Of a stretch of DNA of 64,000 nt, positions 25,261 to 38,659 are shown piece by piece; position 1 is the stretch's first letter, and each line of letters begins with the position of its first letter. The stretch comes from Octopus sinensis (taxonomy: Eukaryota). Under the pieces are notes generated by a model that worked only from the letters and a program-made list of their open reading frames with translations, ran no database searches and had not been told where the DNA came from. The stretch is from positions 132,184,001 to 132,248,000 of the forward strand of contig NC_042999.1 of NCBI RefSeq assembly GCF_006345805.1. Reading direction: 5' to 3'. The translations under genes and the position numbers were made by a program.

Positions 25261-26311
25261 AAAACGAAATGCAATATACTGTGCCCTGTATTCAGTAAGC
25301 AGTCCGTGTTTGTTGCATACGGTGGGTTAAAAATGATTTTTTTTTTCCTTGTGGGTGGATTGAGAGAAATTAAACATTCTGTTTTAGAAGCGTGTTAATT
25401 TGTATCAGGTACATAAAATCGTTCTTTTCTGTTCATCGTTTAATATTCATCCTATAGACATTATACTGTATATACTATGTACAAGGTACAGTATAATATA
25501 TTTTAAGTATTTTAAGTGCGTTTAATAGATACCAAACAAACTCGGCTTAGTAAATGTATTTAATTAGAATCTGTTTAAAGCAACTTAGTTTGTCGCTCTG
25601 GTAAGAGATTCTTTTATTTTATTTCATTTTTTGTTTGCTTTTTTGCCATTTTCGGGGGTGGGAGTGGGGGTGTCACTGATGTGTTGTTATTAGTTACTGT
25701 TTCGGCTGTGTGTTATATCATAATGAACTGATGCAACCATAATTGTAGGAACGATTGAATATAAACTTCGATTGGTTTCTGATGGTAATGTAGCGAGATT
25801 ACAATCGAACTTCGTAATGTCTAATTAGGCTCGGAATATCGGGAAGAGTTGGTTTGCAAATATGAAGAAAAATTCTTTAATTTCTAGCTGGATTCAGCCA
25901 ATGGAAACTTGATGTTGCTGGGCGAGAGGTGAGATGTGCATTCTCTAGTGGATCTCAAACCTCTCGCGTTCTGATTTTCTTGGCAAGAGGTGAGATGTGT
26001 GTTATCGGTAGCTCCCTCAAACCGCTGCAGTCATTCTTGATGCGCTTCTGCCTAAATACTAAGAAAAGTTCACGAACCTCAAAGACATTTGAGATGGTGT
26101 TCCTAATATGGCCTGATATCGCTGCAAAGCTGACTTGTTAACAGGCAGGACACATCGCAATGATCAGAACGCGACCAATGTGTGCTGCAAGCTGACAACT
26201 GAAATATGTTAGCTTCGATTCCCAATCTTGATACAAGTTCTTTACTTTTCATAGTTTATTTTATATTTTAATTATATATTTAGAGTGTCTCCAGAAAACC
26301 GGAAAACTCAG

Positions 26312-27324
26312 TGTATGGAAAACGACCGTACGTAAGGAGTTGGTGACAGAAACGTCTCCTTTAAAACGCCGCTCGGTCGCTCTAACAAAAGAAGAAGCCA
26401 AAATACATGGTATAAAAGAATAAGTGCCAAAATGAATAAGAGAGACGACACAACCGTTTGAGAGAAAGAAGACTTTATTTACAGATGTGTAAATAAGAGA
26501 ATAAGAGCGTGTGTGAGCGCTAGTAAGTGGTGTGTCTGCGTGCGTGCGACAAGTGCTTGTGTCTGTGTTTGACAGAAGTACAAACAAAGTGTATGCAGAA
26601 TACAATACAGAGCATAGAAGAAAAGAGTCTCTCAGGGTATTTAGACAAGATGGAGATAATTTACCAGTTCGTAGTAAGGTTACGCAATAGAAAGAGTTCT
26701 GTAACAGGATAGTAAAAGTTCTGTAACAGGATGTTGGGGTCATAAGGCAGAATGCCGGTTGAACACATGTCGTGTAGCGGTTGGGGCTTCGATGCTGTGC
26801 CAGGTCTCTTGATACAGGAATTTTCTCAGGCTGACTGTGCTGTTTACCTCGGTGAATATTCACAACAGCGTGGAGTTTAAACCTGAGCGAGTGCTGTGTA
26901 CGTATTTGAAGTCGGCGGTGGTGATGGTGACGGTGGTGGAGACGTCCTACGTTGCTGGTGTATATTTACGTCGTCTGCCGCTGGAACTGGAATTGGCTGA
27001 GTCGCTCTGTGGTCAGAGGTTAGTCCTGAAAAGGACTGGAACCAAAGACTAGTGTTGCTGGAACATGGTTGAGTCGCTCTGTGCTCTGTGGTCAGTGGTG
27101 AGAACCAAAGACCTAATATCGTGAATGCTGGGGCCTTATAAAGCCTGAGGTAGGCTCAAACAAGGCATAAGAAAAACAGTGTCACGGGACCTTAACCGAA
27201 GGCCGTGATTAGTTGGCTTACACACTGGCGCGAAATAAATCAAGAGACAAACTGCGCCAATGTCAACTAATCAGAGCAGTATACACAACAGGGTCAAAAC
27301 AGCGAGGATATCAGCTACTCTACA
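26312..27324 (-). mobile_element. Possible solo LTR (Gypsy-like)
   Basis: TG...CA termini on the minus strand, TATAA near 27140, AATAAA at 26479-26474, flanks tcag/ccag (4-bp TSD with one mismatch), GC-richer than surroundings; no internal domain present. Confidence 0.4.
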
Positions 27325-27389
27325 CCAGAAATCTGAGCTACTTCCGGTTCCAAGTTGCTGGATAACTTGACCGGTACTGTATTCTGTAC

Positions 27390-27575
27390 CAGTGCTCCGC
27401 AACCGGTATGCCGCGGCACACTAGTGTGCCACGAGACGATACTAGGTGTGCCGCAGTGTAACCTGAATATAATTTTTTCCTTATACTTCCAGTTATATTT
27501 TTAGCTCAGGCGTTCCGCCGAATTTTGAAAAGTATAATAAGTGTACCGCAAGTGAAAAAAGGTTGCGGAGCACTG
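27390..27575. mobile_element. hAT (Charlie-like) MITE
   Basis: Perfect TIRs CAGTGCTCCGCAACC / GGTTGCGGAGCACTG; decayed 8-bp flanks ttctgtac / gtctacac. Confidence 0.8.
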
Positions 27576-27814
27576 GTCTACACGGCAACATATACACCAA
27601 GAACATAGAAAAATACACATTAGAAATTATCGCAGACTGATTTGATTCACAACCTATTTACTACCAAGAGTTCCTTTTATTTAAATGATTTTTACCGCTG
27701 AGCCCAGGCTTTCGAATAGTCTCTCTATTCAATAAACAGAGTTTATTAACTGACATATGTTTTCCCCCTTTTACATCTGTCCGTTGAAAGATACAATGTA
27801 AGTAAATATATATG

Positions 27815-28230
27815 CGCAGACGTGGTTGTGTGGTTAGAAGTTTCCTTCATAAGCACATGATTCTGGGTTCAGTCCCACTGCATGACATCTTGAGCAAGTG
27901 TCTTCTACTATAGCCCCGGGATGACCAAAGCTTTGTGAGTGGATTTATTGGGCAGAAACTGAAAGAAACCCGTCGTGCACATACATACATATATGTATAT
28001 ATATCTATGTATGTGTCGGTGTTTGTCCTCCACCGCTGCTTAACAATCAGTGTTGGTTAGTTTACGTCCCTGTAGCTTAGCGCTTCGCCAAAAGAAAAAC
28101 GATAGAATAAGTACCAGGCTTTAAAAATAGTACTAGGATTGATCCATTTGACGAAAATATTTCGAAGTAGTGCCCAAGCATGGTCGCAGTCTAATGACTG
28201 ATACAAGCAAAGGATAAAAGAATGAATATT
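27815..28230 (+). mobile_element. Diverged full-length family A SINE
   Basis: Same architecture as 17292-17718 with more substitutions; tail runs into a minisatellite. Confidence 0.85.
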
Positions 28231-28530
28231 TACATGTAACAAGTAAAAGATAATAGAATACCGATTTATATGTAACCAGTAAAAGATAAAAGAATAAAGA
28301 TTAATACGTAACGAGTAAAAGATAAAAGATTAAAGATTTGTATGTGACAAGATAAAAGAATAAAGATATATATTGTAACATGTAAAAGATAAAAGAATGA
28401 AAATTTATATGTAGCACGTAAAAGGTAAAAGAATAAAGATTTATATGTAACCACTAAAAGATAAAAGAATAAAGTTTTGTATGTGACTAGTAAAAGATAA
28501 AAAGAATAAAGGTTTATATGCAACTCTCTA
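28200..28530. repeat. About 30-36-bp minisatellite continuing from the SINE tail
   Basis: Around nine degenerate units of aagataaaagaataaagatttatatgtaac... Confidence 0.85.
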
Positions 28531-28808
28531 ATTATACATTTTACACTGTAAGGCTATTCTTTCGTGATGTACGTGACAGTCAGCGATACAAATTATGAAA
28601 TATCTAAGCTGGAAATCTTGAATATTTACAAGAATTGTATTGACTCATTTTTCACTGTAAAGCTTGACTAAAGCATTTATTTATTTATTTATTTGTTTAT
28701 TTATTTTGTTTACCTGGAATGTATGTCGACTTTTTGAAGAGGGATCCCCAAAAGTGTGATGTAGGAGACATCGCACAATATAACTTTTTTTCACCTGAAA
28801 ACTATTTA

Positions 28809-29186
28809 CAGTAACCCCGCAACTATCACGGTTGTTACATTCCAAACCCCACCGCGAAAGGTGAAAATCCGCAAAGTATAATTATTCTTATAATTTGCAT
28901 ATATTCATTTTATTATTTCTATTTATATAAGTTTTAATAAACTCTCCCCACACTCTTAGGAATACCCGTGTCTTCCCTTTTTTTTTCTTTTTGTAGGTGA
29001 AGAACATAGTGATAGGCAGTTGTTGGCGTCGCCTATTCTTCTGTGTGAGAAAACTTTTATAAACCTCCGTCGATTGCATTTCTGAACTGCAACGCTCGAA
29101 TCATCTGGGGATCCCAATCTTCCGCCATTCTTCGAAGTTCTTTTGCCGTTTTTGTTAGAGTTGAGATGTGTTCTAGTGACAAGTCG

Positions 29187-29217
<31 letters not shown>

Positions 29218-31127
29218 CTCCTTCTCCTCCTCCTCCTCCTCCTCCTCCTCCTCCACCACCACCACCTCCTCCTCACTTGCTGACTTCGTCATCTCTGTCA
29301 GATCTTCATCCGTTAACAGATCTGAGTGAACTTCGATCAGGTTATTAACGTCCTCGGTAGTCATATCAGTGAAGCCATCTCCTCCTTGCAATTTTGCCAG
29401 CTTCGCTGCCTTATCTACTTCAGAGTGATGGATTTCGTCAAGAGAGAATCCTTTATATTCGTGGACCGCTTCTGGCCACAATTTCTTCCAGATAGTATTC
29501 AAAGTTTCTTTCTTCATCTCCTTTATGTCCTTCTGAATATTTTGAAAACACGTTGCAATGGTGTACTCACACCAGTACTCCTTCAGTGAGAAGATATCAT
29601 CCGAGTCCATAGCCTCGACCAGGTGTTGCAGGGAGTTTCGCGTATGGAGCTCCTTAAAAGTACGAATAACGCTTTGATCCATGGGCTGGATCAACGATGT
29701 GGTGTTCGGCGGAAAGAATTCATACGACAGGTCGAGCGCATGACCTCTAGCATTGTCCATTAGGAGAAACACTTTGAATTCCAGTCCTTTTTCAACGAGA
29801 TAAACTTTGACTTCGGGGATGAAACACTGGTGAAACCAATCCGATGTCAGTGGTTTCGTTATCCATGCCTTCTGGTTGTGCATCCAATGCACTGGCAGCA
29901 GGTTCTTATTTTTGTTTTAAGGATCCTTGGGTTTTTGAACTTATAAATAAGCCCTGACTTTATCATAAAACCCGCAGCATTTCCACTCATTATAATTGTG
30001 AAGCAATCTTTGCACGCCTTACATTCAGGGGCTCTGGCCTCCTCCTTCATAATGAAAGTTCGCGATGGCATCCGTTTCCAAAAGAGGCCAGTCTCATCCA
30101 TATTGAAAACTTGTTCGCGCGAATATCCCCGCTTCCTCAACGATGGTTTTGAACGTCTTGTTTATGTACTCCTCAGCAGCGGGTTTGTTAGCAGAAGCAA
30201 CTTCTCCATGCAGGGACACACTTTTAAGGTTGAACCGCCTTTGAAATTTATCAAACTAGCCCTTGCTGGCATTAGATTCGGTTGGTTTGGTGGGAGATGT
30301 CGTAGATAGTCCTGATTCGGGGTCGTCTGGGTCGTCGTCACCGCCATCCATAAATTTTCCGTACAGCTGCCTAGCCTTCTCACGGATGGTGCTGGTATCC
30401 AGTGCAATGTTCTTCTTCCTGCAGTCACTGATCCAAAGGGCTAATGTAGACTCCACCCTTACGAAGGCCTTATTGCAGGAAGTTACAACCCTTTTCGCTG
30501 TCTTGTTAAAAGTTACTTTTGCCGTCACCCTTATATTTTTTCGTTCTTCTTGATGCAGCGAACGGAAGATTCATTGATGCCGTAATTGCGGCCTACATCC
30601 GCATACTGTCTCCCTTCCTTAAGCATGTCGAGGAGTCTCACTTTCTGTGCTATAGTAAGCATCTTCCTCAGGCGCTTGAGTTCACTGCCAGAAGCCTTAG
30701 AAGGTGCTGAACATTTGGGTGACATCGTAGGGATTGAAATAAATTCACAATTTTACATACAAATGCAACACAACACGACACACTCACCTCCCTAGTTTCG
30801 TTTTCCATACAGTATATGCGATTCTTTGTTTACTCATCTACGGTACGCTACGCATTTTCTTTTAATATATTTTGATTAATATGTTATACAATGCAGTATT
30901 GTACTGTATTTTATTTCTTTACTTTTAGGCGTGAAAATGCTTATTTTACTACAAAAACAATTGAAATATAAAAAAATATAAATACTTATCGACCGCAGAA
31001 ACCCGCGATATACTGAGGAATCCGCAATATACTGAAGAGTCCGCGATATAAATTTACATATATTAGTCAGAAAAACCCGCGATGTACTGAGGGCGCGATA
31101 GGTGAACCGCGATATGGTGATTGACTA
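28809..31127 (-). mobile_element. Near full-length decayed Tigger/pogo DNA transposon
   Basis: Fragments 30725-29173 encode CENP-B HTH (KMLTIAQKVRLLDML), VFNMDETGLFWKRMP, LLMDNARGH and FFPPNTTSLIQPMDQ; TIRs cagtaaccccgcaactatcacggtt (28809) and ccgcgatatggtgattgactac (about 31127). Confidence 0.92.
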
Positions 31128-32132
31128 CTATACTGCTATTTCCTCTGAATTTCCAGAATAGCATAAAGCACCATATAGCGTTTAGTTACATTAACCCTGA
31201 GATTTTAAACAATGCTGAGTTTCCTGAACAGCAATGTATGTAGTTACAATTCTCATTTACTTCGTGTGACGTGCACGGCAAAAATAGATGGGGCATTTTC
31301 AAGACAAATATTTTCTACATTTTCTAAATAGTGTAAGTAAGTATGGAAAAAATGTGCCAACACCAGTAATTTTGTTTTCTGTTTTCTGGATCACAAAACG
31401 GAACAACGCCAAAGAAATTCTGCATGATTTAAAAATAACAACATTATACAGGCAAGACAGGCAATAGTAATATATTTGTAATCACAGGCTAGAAAAAGAT
31501 AAATATATTACGAAAATTAATAGTGTTTATTTAAAGATAAAAATAAAATTAAAAGGATTCAGGAAGATAGTAGCACCCAATTAAAAACGTGTCTAAAGGA
31601 ACAACTTACAGTGATAAATAAACAAATTAGGTTTCCTTTATTTCCCCAACGTTGAAAGAGATTCACCCAAGCGCATATCCTTGTAACAGTAACAATACAC
31701 AAAGAAAACAACCTTGTTTGATACATATAACTCATATAAATACACCAATACACAACATCGGTAAACAATTAAATAACATTATCAAGTTATACACGCAGAG
31801 TTTGGAGATCTTAGAAAACACAATACAAAAAAAAAAACTACAGCGAAGTCGGCAACCTCTCCACTATAGACGTAGAATTCAGTTTATCAAAATTCCCGTA
31901 GCAGAAACAATAAGAAAAAAAAAAAGAACCAACATAGGTTCAGGCGTGGCTGTGCGGTAAGAAGTTTGTTTCCCAGCCCACATAGTTCCGGCGAACACCT
32001 AGCTGGCTTAACTGACGATGGCAAAGGAAATTGCCGAACCTGATGTCAGTCTTAAGAATCACATTTAGTAACAATTATGTATGTGTATGTGTGTAGTTAT
32101 ATATATAAATTATATGTATATGAGTATATATA

Positions 32133-32645
32133 TTACATGGAAAAATGCGAGCATGAAAGTAATATTCTTAAGATTATAAACCTGGAAAAGTACAGGACAA
32201 GTTATTACACCTGTAAAAGTATAGGACAAGCTATTACTTCAAGTAAAGTAAAGAATAAGAAACTTTTTACTTAAAATATTGCAGCAAAAATGCCACTTCT
32301 AATTTATCACTCTTTACAGTTCTCATCTTTTAGATTTAATGTACAAAACTGTTCAGCTTATTTGTAAGTTTGTCTAATTAGTCATTTTTTCTGTATTTAA
32401 GGTAGAAAATTAGCCAAATTCTACTTAAATAAGTATTGTGTTATTTGTAAACTATAATAAAATATATTTTAATATTCAAATTTTAATTTTAGCTGCAATA
32501 TTTTAAGTAAAAAGTTTTTTATTCTTTACCTTACATGAAGTTATAGCTTGTCCTATACTTTTACAGGTGAAATAACTTGTCTTGTACATTTCCAGGTTTA
32601 TAATCTTAAGAATATTACTTTCATGCTCGCATTTTCCCATGTAAT
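32133..32645. mobile_element. Foldback element with about 150-bp inverted arms (single related arm at about 39340-39487)
   Basis: tacatggaaaaatgcgagcatgaaagtaatattcttaag...aaaatattgcagc is inverted against gctgcaatatttt...cttaagaatattactttcatgctcgcattttcccatgta. Confidence 0.85.
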
Positions 32646-33678
32646 CCATGATTTTTCCAGGCGTTGCTGTTATAAGATAATTAATAATGTGTCAATTAAT
32701 AATTTAGGATTTTACCTTATAAAATACTGGGTAGGAGGATACATTAGCTGCTATTTTTAGCGAGTCGAGCGACCAGGTAGAGGCTCTTTCATTGGTTTGA
32801 TTGCATGATGAGTTTTTTTACACATATATGTAATATGTATATATATCATCGGCAAAAGTTAGAGATTAAGTCAAAACCTGAGAGTTTTGTGTATTGGCAC
32901 TTATCAAGCACGAATTTGTCCATTGTCACTCTGTAACTTGTGGCGAAATAACTTCTAAAATACAAAACGTTAAGAGTAAACCCTGTTGTATGTAACACAT
33001 TGTACCAGTATCAGAAGCTTCAAAGTGTTTAGTTAAAAAAATTAATTAGATAATATGTACGTCAAATTAAATAGATCCGAAATGGATAAAAAGCGAAGTC
33101 GTCTTCAGCGGAATTTGAGCTCAAAACATAGGAGAAATACCGGTTAGCATTTCGTCCGGGGGAGGGGGGGGGCGTTGACGCCTCTGCCAGCTCGCCGCCT
33201 TTGAACGTAAATGTTCATTTTAGCAATATATTCTTTAATATTCTTATAGATAAGCGTTACTCCCTTACTCTTACTTACACGAAATTTCGTGGTATTTCAC
33301 CCCATAACTTTTCTTTATACTAATTTTTGTTCAATGCGACAAACAACTCTGATTTCCTCATACATATTTCTATCATTTAAGCCTAAGAAAAGTATACCTT
33401 TATTTTAAGATTAAAAATTTTATGCTAATTTAAGGTGAACAGGTGCCTTGAGGTCGTAGATATTTTGATGTAACTTTTTTTTCTACTGAACCAAATCTCA
33501 AACTATTTATAAAGTGTAGCTGAGGAGATGTTCTCTTTAAAACTGTTAACAGTTTGCAATTTAGTTGAGAACTGAATTAGTGGTAAAGCTTAGAAGCTGC
33601 TGCGATTGACAAAATTGAGGACTTAAGAATATATTCAACCACTACCGCGGTTGGATGATATATATATATATATTTATA

Positions 33679-36600
33679 CACTCGATTCTCTTTTTGCACG
33701 GTTTTGAAATAACACGGTCCAACAAAAAGAACCAATTGTTTTTTTTTTGCACTGTTCTTTTTTTTAACACGGTTTAAACATCTGTCCTTGTGTAACCACC
33801 GAATTTATTGCAAGTGACAAGTAAAGGATTAAGTAACATAAATCAATTATAATTTGCAAAACGCCGAAACTACGTAACATGATTAAGTAACAATTTAGCG
33901 AAGTAAAATAGAATCCAATCTATTTTTCCCGTATAGCGATCCCCCACTCTTCGGTGTGCGCGGGACCTATGCACTGTGCATACCTCTGGTGACGTGTAAC
34001 CGCTCCATCAGACGGCTCGCGGCGGCAGTCGTTATCATCAGGTCTAATACGAAAGACGTGTCGCATGTTTTATCCTCTGCTATATTTTATATTTGCGATC
34101 GTGACAGTGATAACCTACCCCAAAATGTCAGTTGATATATCTAAGAAAAATAAAAGAGCATCAATTTCTTTGGAGACCAAGATCAATATTTCGGATCGTC
34201 TACGTAAGGGCGAAAGTGCAGCGTCCTTGGGTAGAGCTTTCTCCTGAACAAAACTACGATAAGAACGATCAAAAGGAATAATGCTGCCATTAGATCTGTA
34301 GCTTCTGGAACAAAATTATATGCCAAGTCATCGTCATATGCAAGAGACATGATTCAAGAAAAAATGGAGAAAGCTTTGATAATATGGATAGAAGAAAATC
34401 AAAAAAGGATACCAGTAGATGATAAAACCATAAAACAGATGGCATTGCGATTTTACAAGAAGATTAATGATCTGGAGTCAAGTGTGTTATATCTGTCTAG
34501 TGATAAAAAGAAGAATGAATTTGCTGCAAGTACGTGATGGCTTTCAAAATTCCTTGAAAGACACGCACTGCATAATGAAAAAAAAATGGGTGAAATTTCA
34601 TCGGCATATAAGACTAGCTACTGAAGAATTTCTTCCAAAACTAGCCAAAATAATTGAAGAGAGCAGTTACATTTCAGACCAAGTATTCAACGCAGATGAA
34701 ACTAGTCTCTTTTGGAAAAAAATGCCAAACAGAACGTATATAGCAAAATCAGAGAAAAGTGTCAGTAGTTTTAAGGCAGCAAAAGACCGTGTAACTTTCT
34801 TGTTGTGTTGCAGCGCTTTAGGACATTGTTTGTTAAAACCGTTATTAATTAATCGATCAGTTCGTCGCATGCGGTGAAAGGCGTAGACTTAAGTAAAATA
34901 CCAGTTCATTGGAGAGCCAATAAAAAATCATGGATGACAGCAGAAATATTTACTGAATGTTTTAACAACTGCTTCGTTCCTGAAGTAAGAAGATATATGG
35001 AAGATAAAAGTCTTGAGTTTAGAGTCCTTTTACTTATAAACAATGCACTCGGTCATCCAGATTTGGAACACCCGAATGTAAAGTTTATATTCTTGCCACC
35101 TAATACAACATCGCTGTTTCAACCGCTTGATCAGGGTATAATTTCAACATTCAAATCATATTATATCCAGCAAACATTTATCCAAATTAAAGCGTGCTGG
35201 AAACCACTTTGGCCAGAATGTGTAAAACCTAAACATCTCGTATCTAATATAAATACAAACGAATTATATTCTGATACCATCACTTTATCACATCAGATTG
35301 CCAGAGAAGGTTTTGAAGAATTAGCTATTGAAAATATTTCAGAATAAACAATTGACGAAGCTCCTAATGAAGAAAAAAATTATAGAGTATTTCAGAGAAC
35401 GTATATGATTCCACGGTAGTTTATAGTAGGGATCTTTTCCTTTTGAACGGCATATGACAACACAATTTCTAGTAAATTAAACACTTTTAAACTTCGTATA
35501 CTGGTAGAATGTGTTTATAAAACATAATTTTTTCTTGGCTTTATTGAGAAAATTCTATTGTTTGTAAGATATTTCCACTTTAAAATCGAGCATTTCGGCA
35601 ATTTTAACCAATCGCTGGAGTCCATTTGGGGTGAAAACATTCCGTGCTTTATGAATATGTCCCTCGTTTGAGAAACAGATTGGGTTTATTTACATTTGCG
35701 AAGAAAAAAAGATACCCTTCCCCCACCCCTAACCCTAACCCTAAAACAGATTGAAATGCAATAGATCGATACTAGGGTTATAATTATGGGTGACAATTTC
35801 ATACGACACTGCTACGGAAAATGGGATTTTTTCTAGCGGTGTCAAATGAAAATGTCACCTATAATTATAACCCTAATATCGATCTATTGCATTTCAATCT
35901 GTTCTAGGGTTAGGGTTAGGGGCGGGGTTAGGGTTAAGGTTAGGGGTGGGGGAAGGGTATCTTTTTTTCTTCGCAAATGTAAATAAACCCAATCTGTTTC
36001 ATACAGCACGGAATGTTTTCACCCCAAATGGACTCCAGCGATTGGTTAAAATTGCCGAAATGCTCGATTTTAAAGTGGAAATATCTTACAAACTATAGAA
36101 TTTTCTCAATAAAGCCAAGAAAAAATGATGTTTTATAAACACATCTACCAGTAAGTGTTTAGTTAACTAGAAATTGTGTTGATAACTACCGGAAAAGATC
36201 CTATAGTAATTGATAATGAAGAAGTGGTTCCATTATCTGCAAGTACAATTCTAGAAGGCCTCCAAATATCCAATAAACTTGGAAATCATTTTCTTACAAA
36301 TGATAACAATGCCGAATGAGCTGTGTAATTCCAACGTGATTTGAAAATGATTATGGCACGTTATGAGGAATCATATAAAGAACTAACAAAAACAAAATCA
36401 CAGCATCTGATAACCGAATTCGTATTCAAAACCAGTGAAACAAAAACAAATAAACAAAAAAAACACAAGATGTTAATTTTATTCAAGATACACATGAAGA
36501 TATATCGCCATTGAATATTTCCAGTGACGAGAGTGATTTTGCGCTGTCGAAAAACTACAGAAATCGAGCACGTTCACTGCCTAGTAGTGACACTGAATGA

Positions 36601-36782
36601 CTGAATTATTATGTTTAAAATATCCAATTTATTTGTATATGAAAATTAGCATTTTTTAATTAAATATATTTGGATGGAACCTGTCTCTAATTTTCATATG
36701 TACACAGTATATTTTTTAACAGGATTTTATTTTGCGCGGTAGTCTTTGGAATGTATCCCCCGTGCAAAAAGAGAAGTGAGTG
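33679..36782 (+). mobile_element. Full-length decayed Tigger/pogo transposon carrying a nested MITE dimer
   Basis: TIRs CACTCGATTCTCTTTTTGCACG / CGTGCAAAAAGAGAAGTGAGTG (20/22); motifs QVFNADETSLFWKKMP, LLINNALGHP, FLPPNTTSLFQPLDQG; C-terminus resumes after 36209. Confidence 0.92.
35430..36201. mobile_element. Palindromic dimer of a GGATC-ended MITE, 8-bp TSD
   Basis: Ends GGATCTTTTCC / GGAAAAGATCC; TSD tatagtag / tatagtaa; each half aligns to the monomer at 38660-39039. Confidence 0.88.
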
Positions 36783-36786
36783 TGTG

Positions 36787-36829
<43 letters not shown>

Positions 36830-36944
36830 ATATATATACATACATACATGCATGCATACATATATTTATGTGTAAATATATATGTATATGTGTGTATATA
36901 TATAATACACATACATACACATATACATATATATATATATTCTT

Positions 36945-37171
36945 TTATTCTTTTATCTGTTTAAGTCATTTGACTGCGGCCATGCTGGAGCACCACCTTA
37001 GGGGATTTTAGTCGAACAAATCGACCCCAGGACTTAATCTTTGTAAACTTAGTGCTTTTTCTATCGGTTCTTTTGCCGAACCGTTTAGTTATGGTAGCAT
37101 AAACACACCAACATCGGTTGTCAATCGATGGTGGGGGCACAAACAGAGACACAAACGCACACACACATATA

Positions 37172-37219
<48 letters not shown>

Positions 37220-37857
37220 TAAATGAAATAAAACATATGCATATATATAAACATATATGTACGTACCTACCTCTACATGTACATATACACGCATATATGA
37301 GTACAGGACACCAAAGGGACGTCGAACACAAAGAGAAACGAAAACATAGACACAAACCAAAGGAACTGGACATTTTTTAAAAAACAACAAAAAAATGGAG
37401 TACAGGACAATTAACACAAAGAAAAAAACCCTTCTTCAGTCGCTATGGTTTCATCTACTCTACGTTTCGAAGGATAAAAGCGAGACGTATCTTCGACAAG
37501 AAACTTTCCTTCCTGCGAAAAGCAAATCAATTAAAATTCTGAGATCTTTTCGCAGAGGGGTAAAAAATGGTAAAAAAATGGCAAAAAAACAGGACAGTAA
37601 CGACAGTACAAAATATAAACAGTAAAAGACAGGACAGGGAAAAACAAGATAAGAAGGGCTGTTGACGCCGAACGAAAAAAATTATTGCAAACGCAGAATT
37701 TTTTGTGAACGACAGGGGAGCAGGAAGAATATATATATATATATATACACGACGGGCTTCTTTCAGTTTCCGTCTACCAAATCCACTTACAAGGCCAAAG
37801 TGGGACTGAACCCGGAACCATGTGGCTGGGAAGCAGACTTCTTACCACACAGCCACA
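36945..37857 (-). mobile_element. Family A SINE split by an inserted element in its central microsatellite
   Basis: 3' body at 36945-37150 and head fragment at 37745-37857 share orientation; an unrelated repeat lies at about 37290-37720 between them. Confidence 0.75.
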
Positions 37858-38659
37858 CTGTTTGCAACGTCATATCGTGAAGGAAAATTATAGCCGTCAA
37901 CTAAACTTGACTAAGGGTATGAATAACACCTACATTGCTAGAAATAGAAGGTAAAATGCTCAAATGCTTACAAATGTTACAAAGCACTTAACGCATACTC
38001 TGGTACGGGATGCAATTAAAAGAATAGATTTTAATTATCCACAGAGATCATCAAGAATTGTATATATTATTAATTATAGTAATTTTCAATTATTATATAA
38101 TAATTTTAATTCCTATAAAAGGATATAGTATAAAAATAAATAGGTATTTAATTATCTTATCCGTTATTTTAAATCTTTAATTATCTAGCGGAGTCATCAA
38201 TAATTGTATATACTATTATTAATTATAATGATTTTTCAATTATTATCATTCAACTACAGTAGGCCGCAATGTACTCACACGCAGCACCTTTCAGAGCTTG
38301 TCGCTAATTCATTTCTTAACGAAATTGAAAACTGTTAACATTTTTGAAGAGGACTGGTCCCTAGCTGTATTTTGGCATAAAAGAATTGAGATTTGATTCA
38401 GTAGAAAAAAGTTTACATAAAAATTTGTAGCAACGTTATAGTAGAGTAAGTAACGCCACTAATCAAGTTTAAATCTAAATAACTTTTTTATTTTAAAAGC
38501 AAAATATATTTATCTTAGCTTCAATGATAGAAGAAAGCATGAAGAATTTCATAGTTTTGTCACCATACAACAAAAATTTGTATTAAAAAATTGTGAGGTA
38601 AAATATCATGAAAAAATGTAAGGAAATAAAATTGGATTTAAGTATAATTAACTTTTGTA

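Noticed and set aside
25888-25928. + strand mini-exon with GAG|GTGAGA donor (a second identical donor near 25990)
   Set aside because: Two frames are open, the peptide is unrecognised and no linked exon is evident; the duplicated motif suggests a repeat.
29173-29275. Poly-E/K and poly-R/P ORF ends
   Set aside because: A (GAG/GAA)n expansion in the acidic tail of the Tigger transposase, not a separate gene.
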